Shown here: positions 48,501 through 53,400 of the stretch, in pieces
How positions within the stretch are numbered: the first letter of the stretch is position 1
Layout of the letters: each line of letters starts with the position of its first letter
Origin: Oligoflexales bacterium
GTDB lineage: Bacteria > Bdellovibrionota_B > Oligoflexia > Oligoflexales > CAIYRB01
Direction: 5' to 3'
Assembly (NCBI GenBank): GCA_041736175.1
Contig: JBGSUI010000241.1
Location: 1 to 53,400 of the forward strand
Length of the DNA: 53,400 nucleotides
Translations under genes and position numbers: made by a program
Notes under the pieces: generated by a model
What the model was told of the DNA's origin: nothing
What the model saw: only the letters and a program-made list of their open reading frames with translations
The model's database searches: none

Positions 48501-49566
48501 GATGGGCCCCCTAGGTTATCCGTTTAATTCCTTCAGAACCACCTATGTGGATGACGCCCCCTGCAATGGCCCCTATTGCTATAAATCAGGAGAATCTGCA
48601 AGGCAGCACTATAATTTCGCCCTTGCCAAAGACCTAAAGGCTAACACCTTTCGATACTATGGTGCAAATTTCAATGTAAAACTTCCGTCAGACCATAGCC
48701 CCCTGACAAGCGAAGAGGTCAATACACTTGTCATGCTCAAAAAAGAAATGGACAGCAGCAGTTGTGTTGCACCTCGAACCGATCAGGCGTTCCTTGAAGA
48801 ATGTCAAAAAGTAGCCGAACTCACTGTAGCCCAATGCTCTAACTTTTGTGCGAAAGATAACAATCACGGTCCCATGGATCTCGCTATCAGAAACTATATG
48901 ACTGCAAAATTTAAATCTCTTATCTGCTACCAGTCCACTGGCTGCGATGAAATGGCCGTATTGCTAGGGACTGGCTACCCACCGGACCCGACTAATTTTC
49001 CAACCCGCCATAGCAGCCAATGGGTCAATGGACTTATGTATACCGAGTATAAAAGCGACCTTTCGGCTGCTGGAACTAGAACTAGCTACTACAAACCAAA
49101 TGAACCCTTTTTTGGAGCCGATCTCTACTGCACGGGAGAGCCTGGAACCGCGACGACCCAGCTCAAAGAATGTCGAATCACGTCCGTAGGAACACCAACG
49201 GCAACGGATATCAGAGAGCAGTTCAATGCACCTGCAAATAGGATTAAATTTGATTGTAGCAGTCTTATACCTACCTCTGAGTTCGACTTATGCATCGATA
49301 GCATCAGCTCCTACAGGGAGTTTAATCCGGATAAAGCTTATGCCTTTTCGTTTTTGGGCCAAAGTCTACCTAGCGATAGGGTCCGAAAACGGCGTGGTCT
49401 TATCTATACCAGGGCGGGTGAGCTGGTAGGAAAGCCAGAACGGCTCCAGCATGTCATCTTTCAGATACCCGCAACCGGGGGAGTGGCCAATATCATCGTC
49501 GGTGGCAGAAGCAAATCCCAAGGAAAGTATATGCTCAGGGCGCGGCTCGTGGACTTTGATTTGTGA
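45595..49566 (+). CDS. Large Cys-rich lipoprotein with a degenerate peptidase M30-like domain
   Basis: Lipobox ISSC; DIDQNGVVEIF and SNEGEILYL recall M30, but the HExxH position reads FQLFN. Also a NPGVLTTQSPHGF beta module. Confidence 0.65.
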   Translation: MTKANTYAQHHLSWVSFIALALTMSISSCGGCNGGGNGGRHSFPPGRPGDPAPETSTATSTQTETSGSTEKDQLEAEKAKDVGEEVPPVKPNEVSTIDTSAGGGLKHLIFESTDSMDLGRYLSEYLIVIRASEPSCVRLKFRPTGGVVNEASDEAVAGGIEGTGGCESTKSAGETKSAPVATATSTGTSTGTGTKALKFSGLREDRDDQDLNLAGRSAAICSSRLFRMENKFSGDKGLQKINTKTGRLAIVQGPIRIWIDEEFTNFCTGGISLDNRNPIPWGPLIQQGSVTSTWVDKLWTAHLQNLAQDMEKIYNNMTATYGPISDIDQNGVVEIFMSPDVNRNSFILYDTTQIDNFRAKPILKLEDLAFYNSESNPTSNEGEILYLWTPDPGGLYNQKQFPSGNSIASNYAKGHLSFQLFNLIYANERLFNQKRKKIDDPWIMQSLALLASAYYAGNDYTVLNLSQYLTSRPQYISLSVDLDPKLFSSLYLPMAYDEQIGMRTMFGWFLHTRLCGTSVSPCVRLKEIITSDKTGYEVLEKVLNDNFDKIANHFATTVALGLVDKPSDTVSLWDKTPNLKEPKPLLMADLQEIFAGSPPSTAEGDIISPAAILTADATDRTVAGPYPSRQMMFIQPISPEGGLEFKMAKDSIVAIQPTGFLDKQTDITAFFGKGLKIVFVPIGERDTNLRRIHFEKVSESAHGDLRPDNLTSLNDQNRTYMYEKTYESANFAVNPQKSLWVVGSIDNYDVNINGSSTEVQDSDSFNIEFRPCANAADKAACEASGLTYDAIVQVIPKDFEKEVAPMLLATTTDRTVFRGHSVLGRMTDLIKSWQDDPGTTSYQCVGSKFNRGPTITFSAGNPGVLTTQSPHGFATNNKVLISSLAGRSPSGIALYRTYDAVVINQNSLSLTYGGVNVPIGTIPTDTYYLHNASSSSCANGGVPGALVYSHEATKLNSQAYAHTYDNFLMMGPLGYPFNSFRTTYVDDAPCNGPYCYKSGESARQHYNFALAKDLKANTFRYYGANFNVKLPSDHSPLTSEEVNTLVMLKKEMDSSSCVAPRTDQAFLEECQKVAELTVAQCSNFCAKDNNHGPMDLAIRNYMTAKFKSLICYQSTGCDEMAVLLGTGYPPDPTNFPTRHSSQWVNGLMYTEYKSDLSAAGTRTSYYKPNEPFFGADLYCTGEPGTATTQLKECRITSVGTPTATDIREQFNAPANRIKFDCSSLIPTSEFDLCIDSISSYREFNPDKAYAFSFLGQSLPSDRVRKRRGLIYTRAGELVGKPERLQHVIFQIPATGGVANIIVGGRSKSQGKYMLRARLVDFDL

Positions 49567-49576
49567 CCAACGGGGT

Positions 49577-50632
49577 TTAGTCGAAAATACCACGGGGAAG
49601 TCCTTTAGTCACGGTCCTTAACTTGCTTAAAAATCCCGGTGGATAGCTCGTCCGCACCGTCTTGAGCCGTGCAGCCTTGATCAAGGCTGAAAAACCTTGT
49701 CGTCCTGTTTGGACTTTTGCCTTTGGTTTTCCTGTTTCAGAAAGGGCGAGGTCGGTTGATGATTTTTCTAAAGGTTTGATTTCCAGAAAGAGAGGTAAGC
49801 ACCCATTATAAGCATAGGTCACCAGATAGTCCAAAGCCTCATAAGTCGCAGGACTCCAGAGGTCTGAAATATTGTAGACCATCAATAAAGTGGGTAAGAT
49901 CGACTCTCCATCACCTCCCTTAGCCCCCTCATAATGGCTAAAGGTGACAGGATTTGGTTTAGAAAGATCACGAAGGATGATATTCAACCCAAAGCGCCAA
50001 GGAGCGGTAAAGACAGCAGCCCAAAAAAATCGTGCAAAACTCTGATCCTCGGAGTCTCGCCAAAAAACCATCCCCTGGGACGACTGTTTGTTAGCGATCA
50101 AAGAAAGCTGCTGCAAGACTGGATTAAATTTTGTAGGAGCTAAGATTTCCATCATGTTAGCGGTAGGGTTCCACCTTATAAAATGTTCGATCAGTCTCTG
50201 TAGGGTCAAAAATCTTTGCTGGAGGCTACACCGAACTGTAACATTGGTATCAGATTGGTATTGGCTTCCATGGCCTTGGCAGCAAGGCCACTTAGTAGGA
50301 TGGAGGTGGACTTGGCCATCATCCCAGTCGAGACCGGGAATCACACCGGCCCTCAGAGGGTTTTGAAACGACTGGAGTTGGCACATGGACGGCGCGGCCT
50401 TCCGGTCGACTTTCTTTAATTTAGATCTTTGTGCCCGCAGGGAAAGGTTTTTAAGTTTAGCGGTCATATCGACCTTGGGCGAGAGCAGGTAACTTTCCAA
50501 ATCAAAGGGTGCTAGCTTACGGTCACCTAAACCTTTGCCCGTTGATGATCGAGGTTTTGGAGTTTTTCTTAGGGATACCGCTTCCTTTCGGCTACTTGGA
50601 GGCCGATCCCCTGGCTCGGTAGTCATCTTCAT
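49577..50632 (-). CDS. Hypothetical protein, possible inactive DnaC/IstB-like paralog
   Basis: SD GGAG before ATG 50632; PCCQGHG...RC knuckle; LLMVYNI...LDYLVTYAYN aligns with ILVIDEL...IDQLVCGRYN of the upstream gene. Confidence 0.6.
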   Translation of the reverse strand: MKMTTEPGDRPPSSRKEAVSLRKTPKPRSSTGKGLGDRKLAPFDLESYLLSPKVDMTAKLKNLSLRAQRSKLKKVDRKAAPSMCQLQSFQNPLRAGVIPGLDWDDGQVHLHPTKWPCCQGHGSQYQSDTNVTVRCSLQQRFLTLQRLIEHFIRWNPTANMMEILAPTKFNPVLQQLSLIANKQSSQGMVFWRDSEDQSFARFFWAAVFTAPWRFGLNIILRDLSKPNPVTFSHYEGAKGGDGESILPTLLMVYNISDLWSPATYEALDYLVTYAYNGCLPLFLEIKPLEKSSTDLALSETGKPKAKVQTGRQGFSALIKAARLKTVRTSYPPGFLSKLRTVTKGLPRGIFD

Positions 50633-51539
50633 TAAGCTCCAAAAAAAGCGCCATTTCTTTGAGTCGTGAGAAAATCCGTTTGCCGATTCGCTCCTCGAGA
50701 CCTTGGAGGCTATCGAGATTAAAAACCGACCCACCACCCATCTGCCCCTCACTGTAGCCCGTGAGATTTTTAATAACCGGAGATTTTAATTTGTAGTTAG
50801 TGGAAGCTAAAATAGATTTTTTTTGGTTATACCGACCACACACAAGCTGGTCTATCACGGTCAATTCAAAATCGGTGTTGCGCCCCTTACCCAGCTCGTC
50901 GATCACCAGGATATCCACATCGATCAGAGGCTGGATCAAGGCCGCATCAGATTTCCCCTCAGAAAAGCCAGCTTTGATCTCGCTCAGGAGCTGAAAAAAA
51001 TCGGCAAATTTAACGCTGTAGCCTTGGGTGGCAAACACTTTAGCCAAGGATGCTAGGATAAAGGTTTTGCCGCATCCCACCGGTCCTTCGATGATCAACC
51101 CCTGCCCTGGCTCAAAGGACTGCAACCAGCCCCTGACCTCTCCTAAGACCTGACGCCCATTACCCCCCTGGTCTCGGTAGTTTTGATAACGCGTCAGATT
51201 GGCATCCGCATAGCGTGCGGGGACCTGGGCCCCGTTGATCAGATTGACCACCTGGAGGACCGACGGGGTCCGGCAGGAGCGGGAAACCCCACCTTCGATC
51301 CGTCTTGCTTGTCCGAGACAGGTGGGACATTGGACCACACACCGGCAGATATGGGCCGCCGTAAAGGCACCTTTGGTGCCCAAAAGATAACCCTCCCCCC
51401 GGCAAACAGCGCATTCCTTTTGGAGGGCACAGGGGGATCCTGGGACGACCTCAGCACCTAGGGGGGATCCTTGGGGTTCGTCCAAAGGGGTTTTCCACAG
51501 TAATTTCTTAGGTTTTAGCTCGGACGTGGGCCCTAACAT
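50592..51539 (-). CDS. DnaC/IstB-like AAA+ ATPase with N-terminal Cys-rich zinc-binding region
   Basis: CAVCRGEG...CRC...CPTC, VPARYADA, Walker A GPVGCGKT, Walker B ILVIDELG, RYN, STN, RIFSRL. Start uncertain (ORF open to 51608). Confidence 0.85.
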   Translation of the reverse strand: MLGPTSELKPKKLLWKTPLDEPQGSPLGAEVVPGSPCALQKECAVCRGEGYLLGTKGAFTAAHICRCVVQCPTCLGQARRIEGGVSRSCRTPSVLQVVNLINGAQVPARYADANLTRYQNYRDQGGNGRQVLGEVRGWLQSFEPGQGLIIEGPVGCGKTFILASLAKVFATQGYSVKFADFFQLLSEIKAGFSEGKSDAALIQPLIDVDILVIDELGKGRNTDFELTVIDQLVCGRYNQKKSILASTNYKLKSPVIKNLTGYSEGQMGGGSVFNLDSLQGLEERIGKRIFSRLKEMALFLELNEDDYRARGSASK

Positions 51540-51724
51540 GAGTGCGGCCTTATAATGGAGGTAGGTTTGCAGTCGACCTCGAAGTTGACCCTGGGACCAT
51601 ATCACCAAAATTAAAGTCCAGCATTGGAGATTTTATGGGATGGGGGTTGTCGGAAAATGGTCCTCTGAAAGGACTTAAGGCTCCTCAACAAAACGACAAA
51701 GAGCTTGCCCACATTCAGCCAGAG

Positions 51725-51782
51725 TGTTACCATTTGTAACAAATGGGAAATTGACTAAAGTTTTTTCCCATTTTGCCGATGA
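51725..51782 (+). promoter_or_regulatory. sigma28-type promoter with two inverted repeats upstream of mazEF
   Basis: TAAAGTTT (51756)-N11-GCCGATGA (51775). Palindromes TGTTAC-N5-GTAACA (51725-51741) and AAATGGGAAA/TTTCCCATTT (51741-51750, 51764-51773). Confidence 0.7.
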
Positions 51783-51813
51783 GTCTGCTGTCAGCATAAG
51801 AGGGAGGAATCTT

Positions 51814-52071
51814 ATGTCAGCGAAGAAGGAATTATCGATGGAAACAAATCATTACACAGCGAAATTAGACTCCCGTAATCGTCTTTTACTGAAAGGACCG
51901 AAGGCGTCCTTTTACGATGTCGTTGAGAACGATGAGGGCATTATTGTTTTAACCCCGATGCAGCTCACGCGAAAACGAAAATCCCTTAAGGAGATTCTCG
52001 TGTCTATAAAAGAAGGCGACGATTTCACAGAAATCGGCACAAGCGCGATGGGTAAGGAGATCATCGATTAG
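51814..52071 (+). CDS. mazE: AbrB/MazE-like antitoxin
   Basis: SD GGGAGGA; AKLDSRNRLLL...IIVLTP fold pattern; SLKEIL and EI...MGKEI tail; 1 nt before the toxin. Confidence 0.75.
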   Translation: MSAKKELSMETNHYTAKLDSRNRLLLKGPKASFYDVVENDEGIIVLTPMQLTRKRKSLKEILVSIKEGDDFTEIGTSAMGKEIID

Positions 52072-52072
52072 G

Positions 52073-52399
52073 ATGAAAAAAAATATTCCAGATCGAGGAG
52101 ACATTTGGGAGATCGACTTTGAACCACAAAAGGGCAAGGAGCAGATGAAAAGACGGCCAGCTCTGATCTTGTCCCCAGCCGAATATAACAAATATGGAAT
52201 TGCCATTTTGTGTCCGATCTCAGCTCGACAAAAGCAGAATGAAACTGAGGTGCCCATCGATAACGGAACCCGCATCGTTCAGGCGGGACAGCCAAAATCT
52301 TTCGACTGGAAAGCGCGAAATGCAAAATATATCGAGCGTGCCGATACATTTGCTATCCAGGATACGCAAGACATTCTACAAGCATTAATCTGTGACTAG
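52073..52399 (+). CDS. mazF: MazF/PemK endoribonuclease toxin
   Basis: PDRGDIWEIDFEPQKGKEQMKRRPALILSP..YN, CPIS, QPKSFDWKAR. Confidence 0.93.
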   Translation: MKKNIPDRGDIWEIDFEPQKGKEQMKRRPALILSPAEYNKYGIAILCPISARQKQNETEVPIDNGTRIVQAGQPKSFDWKARNAKYIERADTFAIQDTQDILQALICD

Positions 52400-52646
52400 A
52401 TTCCTTTTTCAAAGCTCCGAAGTTGTGACGATCAAAGTCATGGACAATGGTCCTGGGATGCCCTTGGGGCAAGCCTCTGATAGCAGACGGTCCTATGGCT
52501 CAAAAAAACACCACGGGTATGGTCTCGGCTTATCGATAGCAATGGGTATTGTAGAAAATTTCCATGGCCAACTCAGCCTAGACCACGTTTCGGAATACAC
52601 TTGTTGTGTCGTAGTCTTGCCTACGGTCAATCCAAAAGTGGGCTAA
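52392..52646 (+). pseudogene. C-terminal fragment of a histidine kinase ATPase (HATPase_c) domain
   Basis: G1 box DNGPGMP and G2 box GYGLGLSI...HG present; no N box, H box or sensor domain. Confidence 0.7.
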
Positions 52647-52663
52647 CAGCGGCCGTACAATAA

Positions 52664-53254
52664 TTATGACTTCGGTATAAGGTTTATGCAGTCAAAAGTG
52701 AAACTATCTTTGATTCCTCCTCCAAGGAAAGGGAGAAGTGTAACGAGTCCCCCTGCAAAGCCTGCTCTTTTAAGCTGCGCCCTATCTTGGCATAAAGTGA
52801 GTTTTGAGACATGACAAGCAGCGGATGTTAACAGGATCCCTCCATAGAGTCCGGCTTTGATCTGGTTGGCTTCGAAAGTGTGCGAACCCGTTTGCTTGAT
52901 CCTTTGTCTCTCATAGGTGATCCCATAACCCCCAAAAGCTTTATATCGTGAAAATCCGTTTTGTACAGTCGAATCAAATTCGATGACATTGCAGGTATCT
53001 GCATCAAGCTTGACAGGACCCAGAAAAAAATTAGCTTTTGAAAAGCTATGAATTGGGTCCGTGTATCCAACTTGAACTTTCAGGATTCTGTCTTCTAAAT
53101 CATTGGTTGTATGGACAAAACATGCTTTTCCGGTTTTATCTTGGCCTTCAAATTTTTTGGTAATGGTTGGCTTTTCTAAAAACTTTGACAAATCATACAT
53201 TGTACGCCAAAGAGCTTGCTTGATTATGCTAATAGGTTTTTTATCTGCTTCCAT
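52664..53254 (-). CDS. Hypothetical protein
   Basis: 196-aa AT-rich ORF, no motif recognised. Confidence 0.5.
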   Translation of the reverse strand: MEADKKPISIIKQALWRTMYDLSKFLEKPTITKKFEGQDKTGKACFVHTTNDLEDRILKVQVGYTDPIHSFSKANFFLGPVKLDADTCNVIEFDSTVQNGFSRYKAFGGYGITYERQRIKQTGSHTFEANQIKAGLYGGILLTSAACHVSKLTLCQDRAQLKRAGFAGGLVTLLPFLGGGIKDSFTFDCINLIPKS

Positions 53255-53400
53255 CTTTAATCAGAAGTTTCCACAAAAATAACCGCATTTTTGACGTAAC
53301 TTACGAAGCTTTATCGATATTTTGCGTCCTTCGATCCTCCGCTGGCTTTTTTCTCGAGTTTGTTTCTGAATTACGCCTTCGAAAGGCTTCCAAATACGTC

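Noticed and set aside
50592..51539. IS21 element or prophage replication module
   Set aside because: No IstA transposase, terminal repeats or phage genes nearby.
53255..53400. Upstream in-frame continuation of the last ORF across a TGA (pseudogene or recoding)
   Set aside because: Cut by the window edge with no recognisable homology; TGA is a normal stop elsewhere in the window.

Overview
Bacterial chromosomal window, probably from an Oligoflexia/Bdellovibrionota-like organism (inference from the homodimeric GlyRS, many surface lipoproteins, a trypsin-like protease and sigma28-type promoters). Housekeeping genes: MTA phosphorylase, tex, ndk, a gammaproteobacterial-style his operon headed by a YerC/TrpR-like repressor, type II NADH dehydrogenase, dusB, lpxD, purB, glyQS and a DnaC/IstB-like ATPase. 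Surface or secreted proteins: a 5'-truncated RCC1-repeat gene, a 3193-aa Ig-repeat/NHL lipoprotein, a RoxA-like diheme cytochrome c, a DPBB lipoprotein, a GH6 cellulase lipoprotein, a 1323-aa M30-like pseudo-peptidase and two likely outer-membrane barrels. Two small AT-richer accessory patches carry an orphan MqsA-like HTH gene plus an AAA_14/DUF4143 gene, and a MazEF pair followed by a histidine-kinase fragment. Highlights: (i) near-identical 150-bp RCC1 repeats that vary almost only at seven codons, mostly at codon positions 1-2; (ii) an in-frame hisD-hisC fusion next to a hisB whose phosphatase domain looks dead; (iii) a giant adhesin with an Ig super-repeat and two NHL propellers carrying ten Cys-paired loops; (iv) toxin-antitoxin-type genes behind sigma28 promoters; (v) several apparent pseudo-enzymes. 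No rRNA, tRNA, CRISPR array, reverse transcriptase, integrase or intact transposase was seen. All family assignments come from motif recognition by eye, not from database searches.
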